Notes: generated from the sequence alone by a model not told the origin. A stretch of DNA of 64,000 bases from Candidatus Moranbacteria bacterium RIFOXYB1_FULL_43_19 (GCA_001784875.1 MFSH01000015.1:47933-111932), one strand, 5' to 3'; shown: positions 1 to 10,035, counted from the first letter of the stretch. Translations and numbers: made by a program.

Positions 1-87
1 CTGGGAATAAAGGATGGCAATAGGTGCAGTAGCCAAAAAAAGAAGCACCAAGAGCCAAAAAAGAATCCTGCGAAGATGTTTTCTCAT
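1..87 (-). CDS. Partial gene (5' end only): membrane-anchored protein, possibly PEGA-domain type
   Basis: ATG at 87 reads MRKHLRRILFWLLVLLFLATAPIAILYSQ off the window edge: basic N-terminus plus TM helix. Confidence 0.6.
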   Translation of the reverse strand, partial: MRKHLRRILFWLLVLLFLATAPIAILYSQ

Positions 88-122
88 AGATGAATCTTAT
101 CGCGGAAATTGTATTTTGTCGA

Positions 123-235
123 ACCCCGCACCAATTCTGATCATCGACCATTGATTAGACAAAACCAAAAAGGCGAAGCCGCTTCGCTCACGCCCGCAGA
201 TATTTCCAAAAGAGTGCCTGGAATTGGTGCGGGGT
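123..235. mobile_element. Miniature inverted-repeat element (MITE-like)
   Basis: Perfect 15-bp TIR ACCCCGCACCAATTC (123-137) / GAATTGGTGCGGGGT (221-235). Confidence 0.75.
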
Positions 236-279
236 AAAGCCAACCAAAAAACCGGGCATTGCCGGTCTTTTGGATATAA

Positions 280-347
280 ACCCCGCACATTGCTACGCGG
301 TTGTATTTCGTTGCTCGCAGCTCTTGGTTTGAGTTATGGTGCGGGGT
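280..347. mobile_element. Second MITE-like copy
   Basis: ACCCCGCAC (280-288) / GTGCGGGGT (339-347), same termini as 123-235. Confidence 0.65.
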
Positions 348-388
348 GAAAATGTACAATTTTTATTTGGGTTATGCTAGAAAGTTTT

Positions 389-1042
389 TTACTTTAGTTC
401 AGGCACTCTTTGCGAGTATTTCTCCAAATTCTTCAGCTGTCCTTCGGTCAGAGTTTTTGACTTTTCAATCGCTTGGGCGATACTGTTTTTGCTGAATTCC
501 CTGGATTCGCCAACTTTCAGCCTCCCGTCTTTGACTTGCCGCCGAAGATAATCTTCAATATAGATCTTGTGTTCGGCAGTGAGGCTCATGTCGGGAGTTT
601 TTTCCAGGTAGTTAGCCAGAGCTCTTCGGGCCAACTTGGTTGTGCTGTCTCCTCTCTGGGCAGTTTCCACAAACGAACTGCCGGTTTCCTTGCTGGCTTC
701 AGCTGGGACTGCTGTTGGCACTTCCTCAGCTGGCTGTGGCGCTTGAACAGCGGCTTCTTCACTATCAGTTGTGGTTTCTCCGGCCACTTGTTCTTCTTTG
801 ACCGTATCGCCTCCGATGACGCTAATTTTGCCCTCAGCGTCTTCAGTTGTTTCCATGGTTTCTTTTTGCGCTACTTGCGGCTGGGTTCTTTTTGAATAGG
901 CATAAATGCCTCCAGCGATTGCAACAACAATGACAATACTTACCAGCATTCTCATGTTTTCTTGCAGCCAGGTCTTCATGCTTTCCCCTCCTTCTTCCAA
1001 AGATTCATCTATTTCTTTGGAATTTTTGGGATTCTTTTCCAC
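389..1042 (-). CDS. Hypothetical membrane-anchored protein
   Basis: 217 aa ORF, GTG start with AAGGAAGG upstream, one TM segment, acidic linker, C-terminal globular region. Confidence 0.75.
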   Translation of the reverse strand: MEKNPKNSKEIDESLEEGGESMKTWLQENMRMLVSIVIVVAIAGGIYAYSKRTQPQVAQKETMETTEDAEGKISVIGGDTVKEEQVAGETTTDSEEAAVQAPQPAEEVPTAVPAEASKETGSSFVETAQRGDSTTKLARRALANYLEKTPDMSLTAEHKIYIEDYLRRQVKDGRLKVGESREFSKNSIAQAIEKSKTLTEGQLKNLEKYSQRVPELK

Positions 1043-1107
1043 TTGTTACACCTTCCTTTCTAGACTAGGATAAATTATTAATGTTCATTGTATAAAAAAT
1101 ATAGCAG

Positions 1108-1986
1108 TTATAAGCATTTTTTGTCAACAAACGCAGAAATTTCAGCTATCCGCCATTTTCTCGACAAATCTTTGAAAAACTTTATTTGAGCCGAAGGCAG
1201 TTCTTTTTTTACAATTATTGTTAGCTCGGTTTTTTGTTCTGGACTTATTTCTACGTAACACGTAACACGTAACACGCAACATATCGTGCATAATTGCTGT
1301 ATTTGCCGAAAAAACTTGACATAATAGCCTAAACCATTTTTTTTGCTTATTAATGCGTTTTTTGGTTCATACTTGAGGTTATTTTTATTTTTTTTGTATA
1401 GGCTAGGGGAAACGTAGGGAAGATTAGCAGTGATTAAAATATTTCCTGCCAGATTCTTTGGGGCAAATTTCAGAAGATCAGATTGGATAAACTTTATATA
1501 TTTGGCAACTTTATGCTTTCTGGCATTTTTTTTTGCTGCCAACAAAGCTTTTTTGGATATGTCAATAGCGTAATAATTTATCCTGCTTTTGGTTTTAGTA
1601 GGGATATTTTTGACAATAGAAACAATAATATTCCCGCTTCCGGCGCCAACGTCGATTATAGTATCTGGCATCTGGGATTTTGTATCTAGTAATTGATCCA
1701 GCGCTCTTTCAACTAGTAATTCCGTTTCGGGACGGGGGATGAGGACGTTTTTGTTTACTTCAAATTCCAAGCCATAGAACTCTTTTTTTCCGGTTATATA
1801 GGCGATTGGCTCACCCCGCAGCCGTTTCGAAACGTATAGTTTGTAGCTCACATTTTGTGATCTGATAAGTCTGTGTTCAGGATGGGTGAAAAGGTATTCA
1901 CGGGGCACATTTACGGCCAAAGACAAAAGAATCTCCGCGTCGAGGGGAGATAGGCGAGTATTTCGAAGTATTTCTTTGATATTCAT
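1108..1986 (-). CDS. prmC: Release factor glutamine methyltransferase
   Basis: GEPIAYITG, VLIPRPETE, DVGAGSG, NLPY motifs; directly downstream of prfA. Confidence 0.95.
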   Translation of the reverse strand: MNIKEILRNTRLSPLDAEILLSLAVNVPREYLFTHPEHRLIRSQNVSYKLYVSKRLRGEPIAYITGKKEFYGLEFEVNKNVLIPRPETELLVERALDQLLDTKSQMPDTIIDVGAGSGNIIVSIVKNIPTKTKSRINYYAIDISKKALLAAKKNARKHKVAKYIKFIQSDLLKFAPKNLAGNILITANLPYVSPSLYKKNKNNLKYEPKNALISKKNGLGYYVKFFRQIQQLCTICCVLRVTCYVEISPEQKTELTIIVKKELPSAQIKFFKDLSRKWRIAEISAFVDKKCL

Positions 1987-1990
1987 CAAA

Positions 1991-3052
1991 TTATTTGCCA
2001 ATTTTTCTCTTCAAATCCTCTTTTTCCAGCTTTTCTACAATCTTGCCCAAATTCCCGTCCAGGATATCTCCAATGTTGCTCCAGTTTTCCTTGATCCGGT
2101 GGTCAGTGATCCGGTCTTGGGGAAAATTGTAGGTTCTGATCTTTTCACTCCGGTCCCCGGTGCCGATCTGGCTGCGGCGGGCGTCTCCAAGTTCTTTGGC
2201 TTTCTTTTCCTCTTCGGCGGCCAGAATCCGGGAACGCAGCACTTTCATGGCTTTTTCCTTGTTTTTTTGCTGGGATTTTTCATCCTGGCAGGTGACAACG
2301 GTCCCAGTCGGGATATGGGTGATGCGGACCGCGCTATAGGTCGTGTTGACGCTTTGTCCTCCGGGGCCGGACGAGCAAAAAGTGTCTATGCGCAGATCAG
2401 CCGGACTTATCTCAATATCAACCTCTTTGGCCTCCGGAAGTACGGCCACGGTTGCCGTTGAAGTATGGACACGGCCGTTTTTTTCAGTTTCCGGGACTCT
2501 TTGAACCCGGTGGACTCCGGATTCATATTTCATTTTTCCGAAAGCTCCACTCCCTTCAATGCTGAAAATAATTTCCTTGAAACCGCCGATAGGGGTGCGA
2601 TTTGAATTGAGCAGCGACAATTTCCAGCCGTTCTTCTCGGCATAGCGCGAATACATCCGGAGAAGCTCGGCGGCAAAGAGGGCGGATTCATCTCCGCCGG
2701 CGCCGGCTCGGATTTCAACGATGACGTTTTTCAAGTCGTTTGGGTTTTTCGGAATAAGCAGGGCCTGCAACTCTTTTTCCGTTTCTGCTTTCTTCTTCGC
2801 AAGATTCACATTTTCTTCCATAGCCATGTTCTTGAGCTCCGTGTCATGTTCTGCGTTCACAATCTGGGCGTTTTCGCGCATGTTTTTTTCAATGTTCTCA
2901 AGCTCTTTTATTTTTTTTATGATTTCCTCAAGCTCGGTCATTCTTTTGCCAATTTCTTTCATTTTCTGGCCATTGGAAACGATCTCGGGCTTTTCAAGCT
3001 CGGTTTTCAGTTTCTGGTATTCCTTTTTAACTGCGTCAATTTGGCTTTTCAC
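1991..3052 (-). CDS. prfA: Peptide chain release factor 1
   Basis: GGQ motif (GPGGQSVN), PET tripeptide (RVPETE), [10 protein letters not shown]. Confidence 0.98.
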   Translation of the reverse strand: MKSQIDAVKKEYQKLKTELEKPEIVSNGQKMKEIGKRMTELEEIIKKIKELENIEKNMRENAQIVNAEHDTELKNMAMEENVNLAKKKAETEKELQALLIPKNPNDLKNVIVEIRAGAGGDESALFAAELLRMYSRYAEKNGWKLSLLNSNRTPIGGFKEIIFSIEGSGAFGKMKYESGVHRVQRVPETEKNGRVHTSTATVAVLPEAKEVDIEISPADLRIDTFCSSGPGGQSVNTTYSAVRITHIPTGTVVTCQDEKSQQKNKEKAMKVLRSRILAAEEEKKAKELGDARRSQIGTGDRSEKIRTYNFPQDRITDHRIKENWSNIGDILDGNLGKIVEKLEKEDLKRKIGK

Positions 3053-3138
3053 TGCAATTATGTTAATATCAAACTATCCAATTTCTGATTAAAATTAGCA
3101 TAAATTTGAATATTTCACAACATTAGGGAAAACAAAAA

Positions 3139-3393
3139 ATGGACGCAATCCAACTCACGGGTTACTTAGCAGGGTTTGTTATCGCGATGTCGCTCACACC
3201 GCAAGTATGGAAAGCCTGGAGAACAAAATCAACTCGAGATATATCACTTCTTTGGAATGCAATTTATATTTCAGGACTGCTGCTTTTTCTTGCTTATGGA
3301 ATAGGAATAAGGGAAATGCCAATCATTGTGATGGATATAATCGAGATATCGCTGGCGGTATCGTTGATGATTGCCAAGCTAATTTACAAATAA
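3139..3393 (+). CDS. SemiSWEET / PQ-loop family small transporter
   Basis: 84 aa, three TM helices, TPQVWKAWRTKSTRDIS PQ-loop motif. Confidence 0.9.
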   Translation: MDAIQLTGYLAGFVIAMSLTPQVWKAWRTKSTRDISLLWNAIYISGLLLFLAYGIGIREMPIIVMDIIEISLAVSLMIAKLIYK

Positions 3394-3414
3394 AACCCGC
3401 TCGAAGCGGGTTTT
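3392..3414. terminator. Bidirectional intrinsic terminator
   Basis: AAAACCCGC-TCGAA-GCGGGTTTT between convergent genes. Confidence 0.8.
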
Positions 3415-3433
3415 CGGGATATATTGCAAAAAC

Positions 3434-3775
3434 CTATTTCTTTTTGATTACTTTCTTTGCGGCGGTTTTTTTCGCAATTTTTTTCTTGGAAATCTTTTTC
3501 TCGATAACTAGCTTGGCTTTCTTCTTTTTCCCTTTCACAGCCTGTTTTTTGGCCAGTCCAGCCTTCATTTCTGCCGTCTTTTCAAAGCGCTTCTTGAAGC
3601 GGTCGAGACGGCCGGCTGAGTCAACCAAGCGTTTTTTTCCAGTATAAAAAGGATGGCACGCGCTGCATACCTCAACTTTCATTTCGGGTCTTGTTGAGCC
3701 AGTGGTGATGATATTCCCGCAAGCGCAAATTATCTTGGCTTCGGGATAATACTTCGGATGGATGTCTTTTTTCAT
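3434..3775 (-). CDS. rpmE: 50S ribosomal protein L31 (Zn-binding type) with Lys-rich C-terminal tail
   Basis: MKKDIHPKY...CACG...[10 protein letters not shown]...GRLDRF. Confidence 0.97.
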   Translation of the reverse strand: MKKDIHPKYYPEAKIICACGNIITTGSTRPEMKVEVCSACHPFYTGKKRLVDSAGRLDRFKKRFEKTAEMKAGLAKKQAVKGKKKKAKLVIEKKISKKKIAKKTAAKKVIKKK

Positions 3776-3900
3776 GGAATATAGGTGAATGATGCTAATA
3801 AATGCCAATCCGCAAATTGCGAATATAGGCATGAAAGTATCAGCAAGTTCGCAATTCGTTGATTGGCATAACATTTGCAGATTAGCATAGCATAGAGAAA

Positions 3901-3929
3901 TTGACAAGTGCCGATGTTCTTGCTAACAT
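3901..3929 (+). promoter_or_regulatory. Sigma70 promoter of rpsB-tsf
   Basis: TTGACA-17 nt-TAACAT with extended -10 TG. Confidence 0.65.
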
Positions 3930-4033
3930 CATTAATGTCATTATTCATATCTCCTACGGGAAAATCCTTGCCCCCCTCCTTCAAGAAGGAAGGGGTAAAT
4001 CGGGAGATAGGTGTTTATAATTAAAGGAAAAAC

Positions 4034-4858
4034 ATGGAAAATAGTAAACAGGCTCAAGCCGAGCCCAAAAAAGAGATAACCTCTCAAAACAGCCAAATTC
4101 TGCCGGCTGGTTTTAAGTATGAGGAGCTGGGACTCTCGATCGAGCAAATGCTGAAATTCGGCGTCCATTTCGGACACAAAAAATCCCGCTGGAATCCGAA
4201 AATGAAACCTTATATTTTTTCTGAAAAAGGCAATGTCTATATCATTGATCTTGAAAAGACCATGGCTTTGCTTGAAAAATCCCTTGAATTTGCGCGCCGT
4301 GTCGCAGCCAACGGAGGAAAGATTATTTTTGTCGGAACAAAGCCGCAGGCCAAGCAGGTTGTTGAGGAATGTGCCCGGATGGCTGGAATGCCCTTTGTGA
4401 ACAACAGGTGGTTGGGTGGGACATTGACGAATTTCCGGGAAGTGAAAAAAAGGATAAAATACTTGAATGACCAGGAGGAGAAAATGGCCAAAGGCGAACT
4501 TCAAAAGTATACAAAATACGAAAGGCTTCGCTTCAAGAAAGAAATAGAGCGGATGAACGAAAAGATGGGCGGAATCAAAAAGATGGATTCTCTTCCGCAA
4601 GCTATTTTTGTTGCTGATGCCAAAGAGAATGATTTGGCGGTCAAAGAAGCCAAGAAAATGAAAATTCCGGTGATTGGGATAGTGGATACAAATACTGATC
4701 CGGATCCCATAGACTACCCGATTCCGGCCAACGACGATGCTCTTTCCTCACTTCGATATGTTGTTGGCCTGGTTGCTAAAACCATAAAAGAAACGAAAAA
4801 AGAACCTAAGCCAGCTCCAGTTCAAGAAAAAAATAATTCAAAAAATAAGACGAGTTAA
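4034..4858 (+). CDS. rpsB: 30S ribosomal protein S2
   Basis: GVHFGH..RWNPKM, RWLGGTLTNF, IPANDD motifs. Confidence 0.99.
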   Translation: MENSKQAQAEPKKEITSQNSQILPAGFKYEELGLSIEQMLKFGVHFGHKKSRWNPKMKPYIFSEKGNVYIIDLEKTMALLEKSLEFARRVAANGGKIIFVGTKPQAKQVVEECARMAGMPFVNNRWLGGTLTNFREVKKRIKYLNDQEEKMAKGELQKYTKYERLRFKKEIERMNEKMGGIKKMDSLPQAIFVADAKENDLAVKEAKKMKIPVIGIVDTNTDPDPIDYPIPANDDALSSLRYVVGLVAKTIKETKKEPKPAPVQEKNNSKNKTS

Positions 4859-4866
4859 AAATATTC

Positions 4867-4963
4867 ACCCCGCTAGAAATCCAACAAAAAAGAAAGAAAG
4901 CGGGGAAATTAAATGAAATTGATAAAAAGCTAATAGTATGAAAAAGATAATTTCAAACAGGGT
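4867..4963. mobile_element. MITE-like element overlapping the tsf start
   Basis: ACCCCGCTAGAAAT (4867-4880) / ATTTCAAACAGGGT (4950-4963), 11/14 complementary. Confidence 0.6.
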
Positions 4964-5552
4964 AAAAAAGATATCAGCCGATCAAGTCAAAAAACTGAGG
5001 GAAGAAACCGGCGCGAGTGTCATGGAATGCCGGGAGGCCCTTGTGAATTCGGAGGGGGACGCAGAAAAAGCCCGGGAGTATCTCAGAAAAAAAGGCAAGG
5101 AGAAAGCTCAGAAAAAGTCAGGACGGGAGACAAGAGAGGGTGTTGTATCCGCCTATATTCATAGCAACAAAAAAATAGGCGCGCTGGTTGAAATTCGCTG
5201 CGAAACTGATTTTGTTGCTAAAAATGCAGAATTTCAAGAACTTTCTCACGATCTTGCCATGCATGTTGCGGCAATGGATCCGAAATTCATCTTGTTTGAT
5301 GAGGTTTCTGAAAAAGAAAGAAAAGAATATGAAGATTTGGCAAGAGAAGAGATTACCAAAGAAAAAAAGCCCAAAGAGATCGTTGAAAAGATCGTCTCCG
5401 GGAAGACGGAAAAGCATTTTTCCGAACAGTGCCTGATGCGTCAGAAGTTTATAAAAAATCCTGATATCACAGTGGAAGACCTAGTAAAGGAAAAAATTTC
5501 AAAGATAGGGGAAAATATCAAAATTGAAAGGATTGTTCGCTTTGAAATCTGA
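4938..5552 (+). CDS. tsf: Elongation factor Ts (short form)
   Basis: VKKLREETGA, EIRCETDFVAKN; follows rpsB. Confidence 0.98.
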   Translation: MKKIISNRVKKISADQVKKLREETGASVMECREALVNSEGDAEKAREYLRKKGKEKAQKKSGRETREGVVSAYIHSNKKIGALVEIRCETDFVAKNAEFQELSHDLAMHVAAMDPKFILFDEVSEKERKEYEDLAREEITKEKKPKEIVEKIVSGKTEKHFSEQCLMRQKFIKNPDITVEDLVKEKISKIGENIKIERIVRFEI

Positions 5553-5565
5553 CTGAATTTGATTG

Positions 5566-6360
5566 ATGAAAAATTTTTATGCAAAAACCAGCCGCTGGGA
5601 AAGTCCGTTTTTGATCCAAGCGCCGCAAGCTCTGGAAAGCGGAGATGTTGTGATAGCCGAAACGGAAAGCGGCATGACTTCGGCTATTATTGAAAAAGAA
5701 GCGCCGTCCCGGAGAAAAGAAGACACGGGGCAAAATCTGGCGACAGCCAAGTACATAAGAAAAGCGAATCTTGTTGATCTGAAAAATATCCGCGGACACC
5801 AAAAAAAAGAACAGGAAGCGCTCAGGCTTTGCCAGAGCGAGGTGAAAAGGTCTGGCCTTCCGATGAAAATTGTCGGCGCCAAGTACTCTTTCGAGGGGGG
5901 CGGAATCACTTTTGCTTTCACTTCTGACGGGCGCGTCGACTTTCGTGATCTTGTCAAAAATTTGTCGAAAAAACTGCAAAGATCGATCAGGCTGCACCAA
6001 ATTGGAGCTCGGGATGAGAGCCGTCAAAGCGGGGGATTTGGGATTTGCGGCCGGGAGCTGTGCTGTGTTAGATTTAGAAGCAATCTTCCGAGCATAACTT
6101 CGGAAATGGCGAAAGTACAGCAAATCGCCCACCGCGGATCGGAAAGAATTTCAGGCATATGCGGCCGACTGATGTGCTGTTTGGCTTTTGAGGAAGAGCA
6201 ATATAGGAAGCTAGCCGAGCAGTTCCCCAAACACGGAGAAAAAGTGACATACAAAAGCAGGCCCGCCACAGTCAAAGAGGTAAACTTAATGACCGGAAAA
6301 GTGGGGATTGAGCTCGAGGATAAGACTTTTGCATTTGTGGATAAAAATGAACTTGAATAA
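5566..6360 (+). CDS. PSP1-domain / YaaT (RicT) family Fe-S protein
   Basis: GRVDFRDLVK, IGARDE, GICGRELCC, SGICGRLMCCL. Confidence 0.9.
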   Translation: MKNFYAKTSRWESPFLIQAPQALESGDVVIAETESGMTSAIIEKEAPSRRKEDTGQNLATAKYIRKANLVDLKNIRGHQKKEQEALRLCQSEVKRSGLPMKIVGAKYSFEGGGITFAFTSDGRVDFRDLVKNLSKKLQRSIRLHQIGARDESRQSGGFGICGRELCCVRFRSNLPSITSEMAKVQQIAHRGSERISGICGRLMCCLAFEEEQYRKLAEQFPKHGEKVTYKSRPATVKEVNLMTGKVGIELEDKTFAFVDKNELE

Positions 6361-6361
6361 T

Positions 6362-7072
6362 ATGTTTTGGATTTATGTGCCACCGATAATTTTTGTCACC
6401 GCGCTGATTTTTTTGGTTGTTATGTTCGGGAAAAAAACGGCTCTTTTGAAAAAAAAGGGAGAAATCTCACGTCCCCGCGCAGAGACTTTTTCTATGGGAA
6501 AAAACAGAAGCGAAAAATGGAAAAGCATATGGGCTCTTGTTTTGAGATTTTTGGAAGGAACGATGAACTTAGTCAAAATTGGCATAAGAAAAACAGAGGC
6601 AGCCTTGTCAAAAACTCTTCACAGAATGAAGGAAAGAAGGCTGGGAAGAAAAATTCACGAGCCGCTTGCTGAAAAAAGAGACGAGAGCCTTTATTTCGAA
6701 AGCGAGGAGGCGGCACAGAATCTTGACCTCGTGAAAAGTGAAAAAAGCGAAGAGCGCAGCCGCAATATCCCTAAAAAAGATTTTTTCAGCGAAGGAGTGG
6801 TTGTAAAAAAGAAAGAAGAACCTGCGCCGCAAAGGATCGTCCCGGAACTAGCGGCGGAAGACAGGGCAAAGGAGGAAGCGCTAATCCATCGGATCGCGGA
6901 AAATCCCAAAGACAATGAAGCCTATCGCGAATTGGGTGATTATTATATGTCCATTGGCAATATAAAAGACGCGAAAGATTCTTTCAAAATGGTCTTGAAA
7001 CTTCGCCCGAGAGACCTCAAAGCCAAAAGCAGCCTCAGGGAGATTGAGATGAGAATGAGGCTGGGTTCGTGA
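6362..7072 (+). CDS. Membrane-anchored TPR-repeat protein
   Basis: N-terminal TM; C-terminal NPKDNEAYRELGDYY...AKDSFKMVLKLRP TPR. Confidence 0.8.
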   Translation: MFWIYVPPIIFVTALIFLVVMFGKKTALLKKKGEISRPRAETFSMGKNRSEKWKSIWALVLRFLEGTMNLVKIGIRKTEAALSKTLHRMKERRLGRKIHEPLAEKRDESLYFESEEAAQNLDLVKSEKSEERSRNIPKKDFFSEGVVVKKKEEPAPQRIVPELAAEDRAKEEALIHRIAENPKDNEAYRELGDYYMSIGNIKDAKDSFKMVLKLRPRDLKAKSSLREIEMRMRLGS

Positions 7073-7145
7073 AATTAAAAACTAAAAAATAAAAGCGAAA
7101 AATTGTTGTGTCGCTCCGCGACGATTCTTTACTGATTATTTCATT

Positions 7146-7217
7146 GCCGCCCTAGCTCAATGGCAGAGCAACTGTTTTGTAAACAGTAGGTTGTGGGTTC
7201 GAATCCGACGGGCGGCT
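7146..7217 (+). tRNA. tRNA-Thr(UGU)
   Basis: Cloverleaf GCCGCCC/GGGCGGC, anticodon arm ACTGT-TTTGTAA-ACAGT, GTTCGAATC T-loop; CCA not encoded. Confidence 0.97.
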
Positions 7218-7290
7218 CATATTTGTTGTCAAGAGCGATAGTATCTAGATATCATTGCTTTTTGTGTAGTGTTCCTTTATAATCTGATTA

Positions 7291-7899
7291 ATGGCGGCAA
7301 TAAGCGAAAAAAATTTGGATAAAGTTAAAGAGCTGTATTATAAAGAGCAGCTTAGCGTTCAGGATGTCGCAAATAGGCTCAACGTTTCAATTGATGCGGT
7401 TTTTTACTGCATGAGAAAAAATAGTTTAGCAAGAAGAAAGACAAATGAGAGCAATTCCTTGAGATTCGAAAGATGCGCGCCCTCATTTAAATTAAAAAAT
7501 ACTAACAGCGAAAAATTACGGACATTGAAAATAATCGGCATAATGTTGTATTGGGCAGAAGGCTCCACAGCAGGTGACATGACAGTGGACTTTGCGAACA
7601 GCGACAAAGACATGATAGCGCTCTTTCTGAAATTTCTGCGAAAAGTTTGCGGCATAGATGAAGACAGGCTTCGGGTTTATTCCTATTTCTATGCTAATCA
7701 GAACATCAGCAAAAATATAAATTTCTGGAGTAAGGTTACGAAAATAGACAAAAAACAATTCACAAAGCCTTATATTCGGGAAGATTATGATAAAAACAAA
7801 ACACAAAAAATGCCATATGGCCTGATTCATATCAGATATTCAGATAAAAAATTGCTCAATTTGATAAAAAATTGGATAAATGGATATAGGAATTTTTGA
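7291..7899 (+). CDS. HTH plus LAGLIDADG-like hypothetical protein between tRNA genes
   Basis: N-terminal HTH (LSVQDVANRLNVS); IGIMLYWAEGS helix followed by FANSD, resembling a LAGLIDADG fold. Confidence 0.65.
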   Translation: MAAISEKNLDKVKELYYKEQLSVQDVANRLNVSIDAVFYCMRKNSLARRKTNESNSLRFERCAPSFKLKNTNSEKLRTLKIIGIMLYWAEGSTAGDMTVDFANSDKDMIALFLKFLRKVCGIDEDRLRVYSYFYANQNISKNINFWSKVTKIDKKQFTKPYIREDYDKNKTQKMPYGLIHIRYSDKKLLNLIKNWINGYRNF

Positions 7900-7904
7900 A
7901 TTAG

Positions 7905-7987
7905 GGGTCGGTACCCAAGTGGTTAAAGGGGACGGTCTGTAAAACCGTTGGCTTCGGTCTACGCAGGTTCGAATCCTGCCCGGCCCA
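7905..7987 (+). tRNA. tRNA-Tyr(GUA)
   Basis: GGGTCGG/CCGGCCC acceptor, ACGGT-CTGTAAA-ACCGT anticodon arm, long variable arm. Confidence 0.97.
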
Positions 7988-8067
7988 AAAATGATTCCAG
8001 TCGAGGACTGTTCTCGACTACCTGCCATATTTCGACAAGTATCTTTGAATTTCGATAGAAAATATCA

Positions 8068-9057
8068 ATGCTTGATAAACCGGAACAAAACTCTCCTTAT
8101 CAGGAAAAAGGAAAAGAGATATCCGTTGCATCTGATATTGAAACATTTGGCCGCAGGCCGCGGAAAATTATAATCAAACTGGACTCAGATGGTTTTCCCA
8201 AAGCTGTGGCTTTTTTTGATATAGACAAAACTCTAGCGGAGTGTGGTTTTATTCATGGCGAAGCGTTTAAAAAATTATTTGCGGAGATATATCCCGACCA
8301 AGATCCAGACAAATTGACAGAACTATATCTAAAAGGTCTTCATCTTGGCACAACGTTTCGTGTTTTTCATCGTATGATCGGTATTGCGAGGGATGGAAGA
8401 AAAGAATGGGAGGATCCTGAAAAATATTTAGAGTGGCTCCCGGGCCATGAAAAAGAAGTTGATAAAAAAGGGGATGATCATAACTTGGCAGCCGAGCTTT
8501 CGATCAGGCACAGCCAGATGAGCGCAAAAATGGCCGAAGATATGTTCAACCGAGACCCGCAAATATTTGAACAAACAAAGATAAAACCGGTTTTTCACCT
8601 TGCAAAAATTTACCAGCGCATGGGAATTCCCATGTGTGTAATGACAGCTAATGACGAACCTTTTGCCAAAGCTGTTTGCAAATCACTAGGCCTTGCAGAC
8701 TCATTTATTGCTTTAGCGTGTCAGAAAGATTTTGTGGGACAGGGGAAAGAAGGCGCCATAGAATATTTAATCCAGAGACTAGAGGGAAAAGGAGTCCCTA
8801 TTCCGAGAAAATTTATTGTAGTAGGAGATTCGTTGAATGGAGATATTGGCAGTGGAGCAAAGTTTATGGCGGAGCACGGAGGTTATTCTGTGCGGGGCGT
8901 TTTGATAAGCGAAGGCGATATTGCGGACATGAGAGAGAAAGTCGAAAAGGATCCTAATCTGAAAGACATGCAGGTCGAAGTGTTAAAGCCTAGCGCGATA
9001 GGCGATGGAAGTCTGGCCAGTTACAGACGAAATAAAAAGACGAAGCCAAGAGTATAA
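8068..9057 (+). CDS. HAD-superfamily hydrolase
   Basis: FFDIDKTL motif I, MTAN motif II, K, VGDSLNGD motif IV. Confidence 0.85.
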   Translation: MLDKPEQNSPYQEKGKEISVASDIETFGRRPRKIIIKLDSDGFPKAVAFFDIDKTLAECGFIHGEAFKKLFAEIYPDQDPDKLTELYLKGLHLGTTFRVFHRMIGIARDGRKEWEDPEKYLEWLPGHEKEVDKKGDDHNLAAELSIRHSQMSAKMAEDMFNRDPQIFEQTKIKPVFHLAKIYQRMGIPMCVMTANDEPFAKAVCKSLGLADSFIALACQKDFVGQGKEGAIEYLIQRLEGKGVPIPRKFIVVGDSLNGDIGSGAKFMAEHGGYSVRGVLISEGDIADMREKVEKDPNLKDMQVEVLKPSAIGDGSLASYRRNKKTKPRV

Positions 9058-9072
9058 TATCATTCCAATAAT

Positions 9073-10035
9073 ATGGAAAAGTTTTACTCAAAAAAACAAT
9101 ATCAAAAAATTGCAGATATATATGGCCTGGGAAAGGTGCAAAAAATATCTAAGCTTCACATAGGTTTTGGTATGTCTACTAAGGCAGCCGCGCTAACGTC
9201 TTCGGGGAAATTTATTATTTCAAAAAATATATTGTCAGAAAAAAAAGATATAGTTAGCAAGTCGAAAGAATCGTTGCAATATGAAATAGATATGCTGAAT
9301 GCGGTTCGAAGATTGCCCGTGCCTGCTTATAAAACTTCCTCGCGCGGAAATTTTATCGAGAGATTTGGAGACGATTGGATAACTGTTTATGATTTTATAT
9401 CTGGAAAATCACCAAAGAGAATCATGGCTCCGATGGCTCGTGAACTAGGTGAGTTTTTGGGAGAATTTCATAAACGTGCTCGAAAGTTCAAGAAAAAATT
9501 AAAATCTCGAAGAAAGTTTTATGATCTGAATCAGCGCGTTATGAAATTGATGGATCCATATGCTCATAAACAAACAAATCCTGTATTGAAATCGGTTGTC
9601 GAAAAAGTTAAACGAGGAGTGATCCATAACAGTCCGCCTGCCGTTCTTCCCGAGGGCCCCATCCATGTTGATATAGGGCATACTAACGAGCTTTTTCAAG
9701 GTGAAAAATTATCAGGAATTATTGATTTTGGCAATTTTTATATCGGTCCTTTTATGGTAGATGTGGGAAAAACCATTATGTGGAATTTCTGCCCGAATAA
9801 AAAACTTGATCGAAGACTTCTAAAGGAATTTATAAGAGGTTACAATAGCCGGAGAAACTTTAGTAAAGCCGAGCACTTATATTTGGAAAAAGCAATTCTT
9901 TTCGCCATTTACAGCCATATTTGGGTCGATCTATACCACATCCCAATAAAATATGTCCCAGAATCTTGGCCGCTGATGCTGATTAGGCGATTTTTACCGG
10001 TGGCGAATCAAATTGAAAAATCTCAAATTAAATAA
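9073..10035 (+). CDS. APH-fold phosphotransferase (homoserine kinase type II-like)
   Basis: LGEFH, IHVDIGHTN catalytic loop, GIIDFG. Confidence 0.85.
   Translation: MEKFYSKKQYQKIADIYGLGKVQKISKLHIGFGMSTKAAALTSSGKFIISKNILSEKKDIVSKSKESLQYEIDMLNAVRRLPVPAYKTSSRGNFIERFGDDWITVYDFISGKSPKRIMAPMARELGEFLGEFHKRARKFKKKLKSRRKFYDLNQRVMKLMDPYAHKQTNPVLKSVVEKVKRGVIHNSPPAVLPEGPIHVDIGHTNELFQGEKLSGIIDFGNFYIGPFMVDVGKTIMWNFCPNKKLDRRLLKEFIRGYNSRRNFSKAEHLYLEKAILFAIYSHIWVDLYHIPIKYVPESWPLMLIRRFLPVANQIEKSQIK

Noticed and set aside
3776-3907. N-terminal extensions in the ORF track for rpmE (also mraY, GT4 53280, 60021, 61747)
   Set aside because: They run through repeats or neighbouring genes; the conserved proteins begin at downstream ATGs
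3945-4012. Hairpins in the rpsB leader as a novel ncRNA
   Set aside because: More simply an S2 autoregulatory leader; no independent support
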